From Anaerolineales bacterium (GTDB lineage: Bacteria > Chloroflexota > Anaerolineae > Anaerolineales > Villigracilaceae), in assembly GCA_016932715.1 (NCBI GenBank), contig JAFGCG010000053.1:499-64498 (forward strand): a stretch of 64,000 nucleotides of DNA, given 5' to 3'. Under the pieces are notes generated by a model that saw nothing but the letters and a program-made list of their open reading frames with translations, had not been told where the DNA came from and made no database searches. The position numbers and the translations under genes are program-made. Each line of letters opens with the position of its first letter. Position 1 is the stretch's first letter. Of the stretch, positions 28,427 to 36,690 are shown piece after piece.

Positions 28427-28927
28427 ATGAACCTGGCTTTGATGATCATTGATCTCCAAAAAGCATTTTACGATGACGAAAGCAGACATTCGATGGATTC
28501 TGCCTGTGAATACATCAATGCCATCCTTCCGGTATTCCGCAAAGCGAAACTCCCCATCTTTTGGATTCAACATATCGATGAGGAAGATGGTGTGGTCCCT
28601 GGAACAGACGGATTTGAGTTCATCAGTCAGTTGCAACCCGAGGGAGGCGAGCATCGAATTCACAAGAAATATGGCAATAGTTTCAACAAGACAAATTGCA
28701 TCGACATAATAGATGAGAAGAATATTGACACAGTAATTATTACCGGGTATTGCGCTGAACACTGTATTCTATCCACCTATCGCGGGGCACTAGACCATGA
28801 CCTTACGCCCATCATACTAAAGCATGGTATCGCGGGCAATAATCAAAAGAACACAGAATTCGTGGAAGATATAAGCGAATTAATAACGTACGGAGCATTG
28901 AAGAAAATATTGGAAGAAAAGCTGTAG
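28427..28927 (+). CDS. Isochorismatase-family cysteine hydrolase
   Basis: MIIDLQKAFYDD, WIQHI, KKYGNSFNKT and the catalytic-Cys context VIITGYCAEHCILST. The ATG at 28427 is preceded by AGGAG. The track start at 28301 is an unsupported extension. Confidence 0.82.
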   Translation: MNLALMIIDLQKAFYDDESRHSMDSACEYINAILPVFRKAKLPIFWIQHIDEEDGVVPGTDGFEFISQLQPEGGEHRIHKKYGNSFNKTNCIDIIDEKNIDTVIITGYCAEHCILSTYRGALDHDLTPIILKHGIAGNNQKNTEFVEDISELITYGALKKILEEKL

Positions 28928-28960
28928 GGAGCCGGCCAGAAAGGCTGCCCGGGAGGAAAT

Positions 28961-28990
28961 AAAAAGACTCCCTCAGGCTGGGAGTCTCTT
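28961..28990 (+). terminator. Terminator hairpin; copy 2 of the twin hairpin
   Basis: AAAAAGACTCCCTCAGGCTGGGAGTCTCTT is nearly identical to 27946..27975 (one mismatch in the 25-nt core). Confidence 0.6.
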
Positions 28991-29418
28991 GCTCTGTCGG
29001 GGTGCCAAGATTTGCGAAGTCCCCTGTCTGGGGAAACCGGGACCTCACGGACCCGAAGTATCCTGGCTGTTTCGGCTGTTTGTGGGTGCAGGAGCACCGA
29101 ACAAACAAATCCATGCACTCCATATGGAGCGACTACGCGGGGATAGATTATCACTATTTGGTGAAGTAACAAGAACAGTATTTTTATAACTACATATGAT
29201 TCCCTTTGGTCTGTCAACCAGAGTTATAAGCCGGACCACACAACTACGTGCTCGTTTGCAAGGAGCACGCAGATGGGATGATTGGCAACTCCACCGCTAT
29301 CAACTTTTTCTATATCCGACCATCAAATATTCAAACGCTGTTTGTGCTAATTATCACTTGTTTACATTCGGGGTTGAAGTTAATCTATAAATGAATTAAG
29401 CAATTCGTGAAGTTCGTC

Positions 29419-29745
29419 ATGAAACCAAACCTTCCTCCCGAAATCCCGGAATTAGCTGAGCGCCAGGCAGCACTTTGCAAAATTTTTGCCAACCCTCAGC
29501 GGATATTAATTCTTTGGCTGTTAGCGGAAAGGGAACGAACTGTCACCGAAGTTGCTTTGACAATTGGGGTATCTCTGCAAAGCGCATCACAGCATCTTCG
29601 AATTATGGAATTTGGCAATCTGGTGGAACACCGTCGCGAGCATCACAATATTTATTATCACCTTGTCGATAATGAATTGTTGAAGGATTGTCGGGTTTTC
29701 AAGAAGAGACCTAAAGACCAGCACTTGGAAGTTGCATTAATCTAA
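29419..29745 (+). CDS. ArsR/SmtB family transcriptional regulator
   Basis: LCKIFANPQRILILWLL..ERTVTEVALTIGVSLQSASQHLRIM is an ArsR-type wHTH. An alternative GTG start is at 29407. Confidence 0.85.
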   Translation: MKPNLPPEIPELAERQAALCKIFANPQRILILWLLAERERTVTEVALTIGVSLQSASQHLRIMEFGNLVEHRREHHNIYYHLVDNELLKDCRVFKKRPKDQHLEVALI

Positions 29746-29776
29746 TCTCGATTGGATTCAAAAAAAGGAGAATCTT

Positions 29777-30031
29777 ATGACTACTGATGAACTCACCAAT
29801 ATCCAGGCCGCAAAAGTTGTTGACGCGCGTGCCATGTCCTGCCCAGGCCCTCTGCTGGAGGCAAAGAAGGGCATCGCCACTGTGAAAGTCGGCGAAGTAC
29901 TGGAAATCTGGTCGGGTGACGCAAACACCAAGAATGATATGCCGCGCTGGTGCGAAAAGGTCGGGCATGAGTTCCTGGGCGCGCTCCAGGGCGAAGGGTA
30001 CGAGCGCCTCTTCATCCGCCGCGCGAAGTAA
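29777..30031 (+). CDS. TusA/SirA-like sulfurtransferase
   Basis: 84 aa with the CPGP motif (DARAMSCPGPLLEAKK). RBS AAGGAG upstream. Confidence 0.85.
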   Translation: MTTDELTNIQAAKVVDARAMSCPGPLLEAKKGIATVKVGEVLEIWSGDANTKNDMPRWCEKVGHEFLGALQGEGYERLFIRRAK

Positions 30032-30066
30032 GTCATGTAAGCGCGACATACGTATCGGATACAAAA

Positions 30067-30522
30067 ATGCCCGACATCGCACAATCTCCTCAACCCAAAA
30101 TCCTCGTCCTGGCGACCCTGGCGGGCGGATATGCCGGTGCTGACTCTACCGGGCAATCTCATTTGGATTACCCTGCCAATACCTATGTGCTGCCGGTCAT
30201 GTGCCCTGTCATGTTTCCGCCGGAATTTTTCGTGCGCGCCTTCGAGCGCGGCATCGACGGCATTATCATCATGTACAGCGGCACCGACAGCCCGTACAAA
30301 GTCGAGGCGGACGGCACAGCCAAACTGATCAATCGCACCTACCAGCTCATGAAGGAGCGCGGCATCGACATCCGCCGCCTGCGGCTGGCAGCCATCTGCA
30401 CCGTCTGTGTCAAGCCCTTCCTGAAGGAGGTCAACCAGATGGCTGAACTGCTCAAAGGGATTGGCTTTGTGAAAAATGAACTCGCCTCACGCAATGCGTC
30501 CGCACAAGGAGCGCCAGCATGA
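30067..30522 (+). CDS. MvhD/FlpD-like (hydrogenase delta subunit-like) protein lacking most canonical Cys ligands
   Basis: YAGAD, YPANTYVLPVMCP and RAFERGIDGIIIM align with the MvhD consensus, but the CCxxC and GCxxxxCH positions read LATLAGG and YSGTDSPYK. Confidence 0.7.
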   Translation: MPDIAQSPQPKILVLATLAGGYAGADSTGQSHLDYPANTYVLPVMCPVMFPPEFFVRAFERGIDGIIIMYSGTDSPYKVEADGTAKLINRTYQLMKERGIDIRRLRLAAICTVCVKPFLKEVNQMAELLKGIGFVKNELASRNASAQGAPA

Positions 30523-31829
30523 AGGATCTTAAAGTAGACGCCCTCGTCGTCGGCGGCGGGATCGCAGGCATGCAAGCCGCGCTCGACCTTGGCGACCAGG
30601 GCTTTCAGGTCGCGCTGGTGGAACGCGAGCCCAGCATTGGCGGCAAGATGATCACCCTCAGCAAGGTCTTCCCCACGCTGGACTGCTGTTCCTGCATCAC
30701 CACGCCGAAAATGTCCGCGGTGGCGCATCATCCCAACATCAAACTCCTCACGTATTGTGAAGTAGAGTCCATCCAGGAAAACGAAAAGGGCTTCGCGGTC
30801 GCCACAGTGCAGAAGCCGCGCTACGTGGACGAAGCCACATGCACGGGCTGCCGCCTGTGCGAATATGCATGTCCCATCACGGTGCCCAGTTCCTTCGACC
30901 GCGGACTGGGTTCGTATCGCGCCATCCGCGTCCCGTTCTCCACTGCCGTCCCGCAAATCGCCGTGCTCGACATGGACAACTGCATCCTGTGCGGCAAGTG
31001 CGAAAAAGCCTGTCCTGTGGACGCGGTAGTCCTGTCCCAACAGCCTGAGCCCTTTACGATCCATGCCACTGCCATCATCCTTGCGACCGGCTTCGAACTG
31101 AACGAGCTGGGTGCCAAAAAGGAATATGGCGCCGCCAAACTTCCCAACGTGATCGACCCCCTGATGATGGAACGCTTTCTCTCGCCCACCGGACCCTACG
31201 GGCGCGTCCTGCGGCCCGGTGACGGCATGGAACCGACTACCATCGCCTACGTCCAGTGCGCGGGTTCGCGCGATAAGACCCTGGGCATCGAATACTGCTC
31301 GCGGGTCTGCTGTATGTACGCGATCAAACAAGCCATGCTGATTTCAGGCGCCCTGCCGATGGCAGAGATCACGATCTACTACATGGATATCCGTACCTTT
31401 GGCAAGGGCTACGAACAGTTCTATCAAAACGCCAAAGCGATGGGTGTGGAATTCGTGCGCGGCAAGGTGGCTTCCATCCATGAAGACGAGAAACACAACC
31501 CCATCGTCAAAATGGAATTGACGGAGGAGGGCCGCATCATCGAGCGGACTCACGACCTGGTCGTTCTCTCGCTTGGGATGATCCCTGCCGTTTCGTCCTC
31601 CGGCTTCGGCCTGGTCCCGGCTTCGGATGGTTTTATCTCGGTCCCGGCACCGAACGCCTCTCCGACTGTGACCGAGCGACCCGGCATCTTTGTCACGGGC
31701 ACTGCAGGCGGTCCAATGGACATCGTCGACAGCATCGTCACGGCTGGTTCTGCCGCCTCGGAAGCCTCCGCTTACATTCGCAGCAAAACAATGATCGCTG
31801 AATCACAGAGCGAGGTGGCGTATGCCTGA
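30519..31829 (+). CDS. HdrA-like / QmoA-like FAD-dependent Fe-S flavoprotein (436 aa)
   Basis: ALVVGGGIAGMQAALDL, ERE..IGGKM, FPTLDCCSCI, ferredoxin-type CTGCRLCEYACP and CILCGKCEKACP. ATGA overlap with the upstream gene. Confidence 0.85.
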   Translation: MKDLKVDALVVGGGIAGMQAALDLGDQGFQVALVEREPSIGGKMITLSKVFPTLDCCSCITTPKMSAVAHHPNIKLLTYCEVESIQENEKGFAVATVQKPRYVDEATCTGCRLCEYACPITVPSSFDRGLGSYRAIRVPFSTAVPQIAVLDMDNCILCGKCEKACPVDAVVLSQQPEPFTIHATAIILATGFELNELGAKKEYGAAKLPNVIDPLMMERFLSPTGPYGRVLRPGDGMEPTTIAYVQCAGSRDKTLGIEYCSRVCCMYAIKQAMLISGALPMAEITIYYMDIRTFGKGYEQFYQNAKAMGVEFVRGKVASIHEDEKHNPIVKMELTEEGRIIERTHDLVVLSLGMIPAVSSSGFGLVPASDGFISVPAPNASPTVTERPGIFVTGTAGGPMDIVDSIVTAGSAASEASAYIRSKTMIAESQSEVAYA

Positions 31830-33840
31830 CAATGACAAATTGAAGATCGCCGTATACACCTGCTACTGCGGCGGCAATATCAGCGATGTGGTCGACTGCG
31901 AAAAGGTGGCGAAGGCAATGGGAAGCCAGCCCGATGTGGTCGTCTCGCGCACGGATATGTCGTTGTGTTCCGACGCGGGCCAATCACAGATCGAACAGGA
32001 CATCCGGGAACTGGGCGTTAACCGCGTGGTGATCGGATCCTGTGCCCCCACCCTGCATGAAGTGACGTTTCGCAACGCGCTGATACGCGCGGGATTGAAC
32101 CCGTACCTGTACCAGCATGTTGGTTTGCGCGAACAGGACTCCTGGGTACATAGCAATGACCACGCGGGTGCCACCCGCAAAGCAATGCACTTGATGAAAG
32201 CCGGGATCGCCAAAGCACGCCTGCTCCATCCGCTCGAGCCGATCCGGCTGCAGGCGGAGAAGCAGGCGCTGGTCATCGGCGGAGGCGTGGCGGGTCTACG
32301 CGCCGCCCTCGACATTGCACAGCAGGGTCTGCGCGTCGTGCTGGTCGAGAAGTCCCCGTTCGTCGGCGGGCGCATGGCGCAGCTGGAAGCCGTCTTCCCA
32401 ACGCACGAGAATGCACGCGACCTGCTGCGTGGATTGATCAAGAAAGTGGTGAACCATCCCGGCATCAAAATCTACACCCAGGCGGAAGTGATGGGGGTGG
32501 CAGGCTATGTCGGGAATTATTGTGCACAGGTCATTCAGCATTCGCGCGGTGTCACCGAAGAGAATGCCGAAGCACTGCTGTCTGCCTGCCAGCAGGAAGT
32601 GCCAGACGAGTTCAATTATGGTTTGACCCGACGCAAAACGATCTACCGTCCCTATCCGGGTTGTTATCCGCCCCTGCCGGCGGTAGATTGGGATAACTAT
32701 CAGGGTGAACCCATTTCATTGAACGGCGGCGAGCCAATTGTCCTGGAAGATGTGCCGACGAGTGTCGATGTCAACGTCGGTGCGATCGTCGTTGCGACGG
32801 GATTCGATCCGTATGAACCGCGTCAAGGTGAATATGGGTACGGCGAATTGAAGGAAGTGGTCACACTCCCGCAGTTGATCCGCCACCTGGCGCTCTCGAA
32901 AGCAAATCATGCACTGGAATGGAACGGGCATCCTGTGCGGGATGTGGCGTTCATCCACTGCGTGGGCAGCCGCGAGATCGAAGGCGTGGATGAGCCGCAT
33001 GAAGACGGGCGGATCAACAATTATTGCTCGCGAGTATGCTGCACAGCCACTCTGCACACCACCGAAGAATTACGCCAGCACTTTCCCGGGCTGAACATCT
33101 ACGATCTTTATCAGGATATTCGCACCTATGGGCGCGGCCATGAGGACTATTACCGCGATGCGCTGCTGGGCGGCGTGCGCTTTGTGCGCTACCACGGCGA
33201 GGAACACCCGCAGGTCACGGCTGCCTCTGCCGGCGATACGCATCCGGTGTTGATCCGCGTCAAGGATTCCCTGACCTATAACGAAGAGCTGGAAATTCCT
33301 GTGGACCTGGTTGTGCTGGCGGTTGGCATGCAGCCGCGTCAGATCGACAAACTGGTGAACATGCTCAAGGTCTCGCGCGGCACCGACCGTTTCCTGCTCG
33401 AAGTGCATCCGAAACTGCGTCCGGTCGAGACGGCGGTGAACGGCGTGGTCCTGGCAGGTACGGCGCAGGGACCGATGAACATCCAGGAAAGTCTCTCGGC
33501 GGCTTCGGCAGCGGCAGCAAAAGTCGTCGCCCTGCTCGGACGTGGAAGAGTGGAATTGCAGCCCTTTGTCGCCGCTGTGGACGCGGAGAAATGTAATGGC
33601 ACAGGCGCTTGCGTGGAAATCTGCGAATACGAGGGTGCGATCGCGGTACAGACATTCACCGAAAACGGAAAAGAAGTGAAGCGCGCGGTGGTGACACCTG
33701 CCAACTGTTCAGGCTGCGGCGCGTGCGTCGCGGTTTGTCCGAACCACGCGATCAATGTCCAGGGCTGGACACTTTCCCAATACGAAGCAATGGTGGATGC
33801 GATTGCCTCGGATATCCCAAATATGGCGGAGGTGGCCTGA
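31822..33840 (+). CDS. HdrA-like / QmoB-like flavoprotein with N-terminal HdrA Cys domain and C-terminal 2x[4Fe-4S] ferredoxin domain (672 aa)
   Basis: IAVYTCYCGGNI...SLCSDAGQ...VVIGSCAP (HdrA N-domain), VIGGGVAGLRAALD, CNGTGACVEICE and CSGCGACVAVCP. 8-nt overlap with the upstream gene. Confidence 0.85.
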   Translation: MPDNDKLKIAVYTCYCGGNISDVVDCEKVAKAMGSQPDVVVSRTDMSLCSDAGQSQIEQDIRELGVNRVVIGSCAPTLHEVTFRNALIRAGLNPYLYQHVGLREQDSWVHSNDHAGATRKAMHLMKAGIAKARLLHPLEPIRLQAEKQALVIGGGVAGLRAALDIAQQGLRVVLVEKSPFVGGRMAQLEAVFPTHENARDLLRGLIKKVVNHPGIKIYTQAEVMGVAGYVGNYCAQVIQHSRGVTEENAEALLSACQQEVPDEFNYGLTRRKTIYRPYPGCYPPLPAVDWDNYQGEPISLNGGEPIVLEDVPTSVDVNVGAIVVATGFDPYEPRQGEYGYGELKEVVTLPQLIRHLALSKANHALEWNGHPVRDVAFIHCVGSREIEGVDEPHEDGRINNYCSRVCCTATLHTTEELRQHFPGLNIYDLYQDIRTYGRGHEDYYRDALLGGVRFVRYHGEEHPQVTAASAGDTHPVLIRVKDSLTYNEELEIPVDLVVLAVGMQPRQIDKLVNMLKVSRGTDRFLLEVHPKLRPVETAVNGVVLAGTAQGPMNIQESLSAASAAAAKVVALLGRGRVELQPFVAAVDAEKCNGTGACVEICEYEGAIAVQTFTENGKEVKRAVVTPANCSGCGACVAVCPNHAINVQGWTLSQYEAMVDAIASDIPNMAEVA

Positions 33841-34136
33841 TGGCTACGCAGCAAGCGACCCCATCCCGCGGCGAGATACTCAAACGTCTGCGTGAGCAGC
33901 ACGCCGAAACGTTCGCGCGCACCCAGGCACTTTTGAAAGAACAGAAGCGGATCGAGCAGGTGATCTGCAGCGCGATCCGCGAGACTGCCAAGACGGTCCC
34001 ACAGATCGCGGAGGAAGTGGGGATGCCCGCGCCTGAAGTGCTGTGGTATGTGGCATCCTTCAAGAAATACGGCATGCTCGTGGAAAAAGGCATGTGCGGT
34101 GATTATCCGCTCTACCAGAAAGTGGAGAAGAAATAA
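33840..34136 (+). CDS. Small hypothetical protein (98 aa), possible winged-helix fold
   Basis: The ATG shares its first base with the last base of the upstream TGA (33838..33840). The stop lies 1 nt before the next ATG. C-terminal TVPQIAEEVGMPAPEVLWYVASFKKYGMLVE looks HTH-like. Confidence 0.55.
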   Translation: MATQQATPSRGEILKRLREQHAETFARTQALLKEQKRIEQVICSAIRETAKTVPQIAEEVGMPAPEVLWYVASFKKYGMLVEKGMCGDYPLYQKVEKK

Positions 34137-34137
34137 T

Positions 34138-35277
34138 ATGAGCCGCGTCGACCCAACCTTCCTGCATGAAATCAAAGAATACGGCGCGGTAGGCATCGAA
34201 CAATGCTTCAACTGCGGCAACTGCACCGCGATCTGCCCGCTGGCAAGCGACGACTATCCCTTCCCGCGCAATGTCATCCGCCGCATACAGATCGGGCAGA
34301 GGGATGTCTTGAGGACACAACTCGATCCCTGGTTGTGCTACTACTGCGGCGAGTGTTCCGCCACCTGCCCAAAGGGTGCAGAGCCGGGCGAAACGATGAT
34401 GGCTGCCCGCCGCTGGATGACTGCCCGGTACGACTGGACGGGGTTATCTCATAAGTTATACACCTCCACCACCTGGGCAATTGGCGCGCTGATCGTCGGC
34501 GCGCTGATCGTGCTGGGGCTTGCCTGGCTATTGCACGGTCCGCTGGTGACAGATCAGGTGCAGCTCAACACCTTCGCGCCGGTGGAAATGATCCACCTGG
34601 GCGACCTGATCCTGGCAGGGATTCTGTCCTTCTTCCTGCTCTCCGGTTTGTTCCGGATGTTCGTGTTCCATTTCCGGGAGGGGGGAAAATGGAAACTTCC
34701 ACCGCTCTCGGTCTTTGTGACTGAAGCCTGGCAGCTTGTGTATCACACTCTGACACAGCAGCGGTTTTCCAAATGCGAGGGCAGGCGGCGCTGGATCAGC
34801 CATCTGATCCTGGTCTTTGGCTACGGTTCGATGTTCGTCCTGATCGTGCTCTTCCTGACTTGGTTCCAGACCGATAACATCTATCCCATTTACCACCCAC
34901 AACGCTGGGTGGGTTACCTGGCGGCGCTGGCTATCATCTACGGCGCAAGCGATGCGCTGCTCAGCCGGATCCAGAAAAAGCACGAGATGCACCATTATTC
35001 GCAGCTCAGCGACTGGCTCTTCCCGATTTTGTTGATCCTGCTGGCTGTATCCGGCTTGCTGATCAGCGCCTTCCGTTACATGGGCTTGCCGCTGGCAACA
35101 TATTACATCTACGTCGCTCATCTGGTGGTCATGATGATGCTCTACATCTGCATCGGACCCATGGGCAAGTGGGCGCACCTGCTTTATCGTCCCTTCGCGG
35201 TCTATTTTCAGGTCGTGAAGGAAAAAGCCAGAGAACAATCGAACGTAACTGCTGGAGCACTGTCTTCTGCAGATTGA
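34138..35277 (+). CDS. QmoC/HmeC-like protein: HdrC-type 2x[4Fe-4S] domain fused to a multi-TM cytochrome-b-like (NarI/HdrE-type) domain
   Basis: CFNCGNCTAICP and CYYCGECSATCP, followed by about 5-6 TM helices with conserved His. The ATG at 34138 is chosen because the track start at 34048 overlaps the upstream gene. Confidence 0.78.
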   Translation: MSRVDPTFLHEIKEYGAVGIEQCFNCGNCTAICPLASDDYPFPRNVIRRIQIGQRDVLRTQLDPWLCYYCGECSATCPKGAEPGETMMAARRWMTARYDWTGLSHKLYTSTTWAIGALIVGALIVLGLAWLLHGPLVTDQVQLNTFAPVEMIHLGDLILAGILSFFLLSGLFRMFVFHFREGGKWKLPPLSVFVTEAWQLVYHTLTQQRFSKCEGRRRWISHLILVFGYGSMFVLIVLFLTWFQTDNIYPIYHPQRWVGYLAALAIIYGASDALLSRIQKKHEMHHYSQLSDWLFPILLILLAVSGLLISAFRYMGLPLATYYIYVAHLVVMMMLYICIGPMGKWAHLLYRPFAVYFQVVKEKAREQSNVTAGALSSAD

Positions 35278-35318
35278 AGCAAAAAGTATTCAACAACTAT
35301 TTCAAAAAGGAGACCTCT

Positions 35319-35681
35319 ATGGCACAGAAAATGGCTATCGTCTGCAATGGAGATACGCCGGCGAGCATCATGCCGACGCTGATTTTCTCCACATCCGGTC
35401 TTTCGCTTGACTACGAAGTGCACGTTTTCATTTGTCCGGCGGGAGCGCGCTGGATGGTCAAAGGCGAGTTGGAAAAACTCGGCATACCGAAGGGCATGCC
35501 CAATCCCATCAAGCTTTTCAATGACATCCTCGACCTGGGCGGCGAGATCGTGTTCTGCGAACTGGCGCTCGAGAACAAGGATATCAAGCCCGAAGATCTG
35601 CGCGACCCGCGCATCAAGATCAAGAAGGCTCCGCCCTATCTGATGGATGTGGAAGGCGCGGCGCAAACCTACGTTTTCTAG
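35319..35681 (+). CDS. DsrE/DsrF-like sulfur-relay family protein
   Basis: 120 aa. MAIVCNGD...VHVFICPAG...GGEIVFCELAL resembles the DsrE fold. RBS AAGGAG upstream of the ATG at 35319. Confidence 0.65.
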   Translation: MAQKMAIVCNGDTPASIMPTLIFSTSGLSLDYEVHVFICPAGARWMVKGELEKLGIPKGMPNPIKLFNDILDLGGEIVFCELALENKDIKPEDLRDPRIKIKKAPPYLMDVEGAAQTYVF

Positions 35682-35688
35682 TTGATAC

Positions 35689-35716
35689 GGGAGACAAGCC
35701 ATAAGGCTTGTCTCCC
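35689..35716 (+). terminator. Terminator hairpin after the DsrE-like gene
   Basis: Perfect 12-bp stem GGGAGACAAGCC / GGCTTGTCTCCC with loop ATAA, followed by TAAATTT. Confidence 0.65.
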
Positions 35717-35760
35717 TAAATTTGGAGCGTATGGATTCTGCGCGTCACGGTTCTTTTTCC

Positions 35761-36690
35761 CTACGAAAGATGCTCCGCCATACCGATCAGATCCGCGTTC
35801 GCCGGATCGTGAATGAACCCCCAGAACACGTCGCGGGGCCGGTGCGGCGCACTGATCCGCTTACGGACCATATACACTGTGCGCTGTAAATTGAAGCCTT
35901 CGACACGAATATCCACGGCATTGCCGCGATCCAGCGGGCAGGCGGCTGCAAGTTCGGAGACAAATGCAACGCCGTACCCTGCAGCGACTGTGCGGACAAT
36001 GGCTTCCGCATTGCCCAACTCCATAAAAATATTTAAATCATCCAGGCTGATATCATGCTTGGCCAATTCTGTCAGTACCACACGCCGTGTGCCGGAGGTT
36101 TCTTCACGCAGGATGAGCGGCTCTTCGATGATCTCGGCCGGCTCAATGGATGACCTTGATGCCCAACGATGACCTGCCGGGACAATTAGGGTGATCTTAT
36201 CTTTGAAAAACCTCTGAGATTCCAGGCTTGTATCATTGACCTCGCTGCTGACCACTCCAATATGTGCCTCTCCCTCCAGCAGGTTCAGGGCTGCATGTTC
36301 AGGTCTGCAAGCCAGAATGCGAACTCTGATAGCCGGGTAACGCTGGCAGAAGCGCGCAGCCAGTAACGGCAGGATGTACTTCCCGGCTGTGGTACTGCAC
36401 GAGATGCGCAATTCGCCTGCGATAGCCTCCTGCAACGATGCCATCATTTCTTTCAGATCATTGGTATCGTGGAGCAGGCGGCGCGCCCAGGGCAACAGTA
36501 ATCTACCTGCTTCGGTCAACTGTAATCCGGTATTGCTCCTCACAAACAGGGTATTGTTGAGTTCCTGCTCCAGCAACTTGATTTGATGACTCACAGTTGG
36601 CTGGCTGAGGTGTAGGTACTTGGCGGCTTCCGAAATGTTCAGCTTTTCAGCCACATATAGGAACGTCTCGATCCTTTGAAGATCAATCAT
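35761..36690 (-). CDS. LysR family transcriptional regulator
   Basis: IDLQRIETFLYVAEKLNISEAAKYLHLSQPTVSHQIKLLEQEL HTH plus a LysR substrate domain. The ATG at 36690 is preceded by GGAG. Confidence 0.9.
   Translation of the reverse strand: MIDLQRIETFLYVAEKLNISEAAKYLHLSQPTVSHQIKLLEQELNNTLFVRSNTGLQLTEAGRLLLPWARRLLHDTNDLKEMMASLQEAIAGELRISCSTTAGKYILPLLAARFCQRYPAIRVRILACRPEHAALNLLEGEAHIGVVSSEVNDTSLESQRFFKDKITLIVPAGHRWASRSSIEPAEIIEEPLILREETSGTRRVVLTELAKHDISLDDLNIFMELGNAEAIVRTVAAGYGVAFVSELAAACPLDRGNAVDIRVEGFNLQRTVYMVRKRISAPHRPRDVFWGFIHDPANADLIGMAEHLS

Noticed and set aside
28985-29150. Possible tmRNA, tRNA or another housekeeping RNA in the structured GC-rich part of the gap (the sequence starts with a GGGG run).
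   Set aside because: There is no T-loop consensus (GTTCRANYC), no acceptor/CCA-type end and no tag-ORF-like segment. I could not fold it into a recognisable family by eye, so it is left as an unexplained region.
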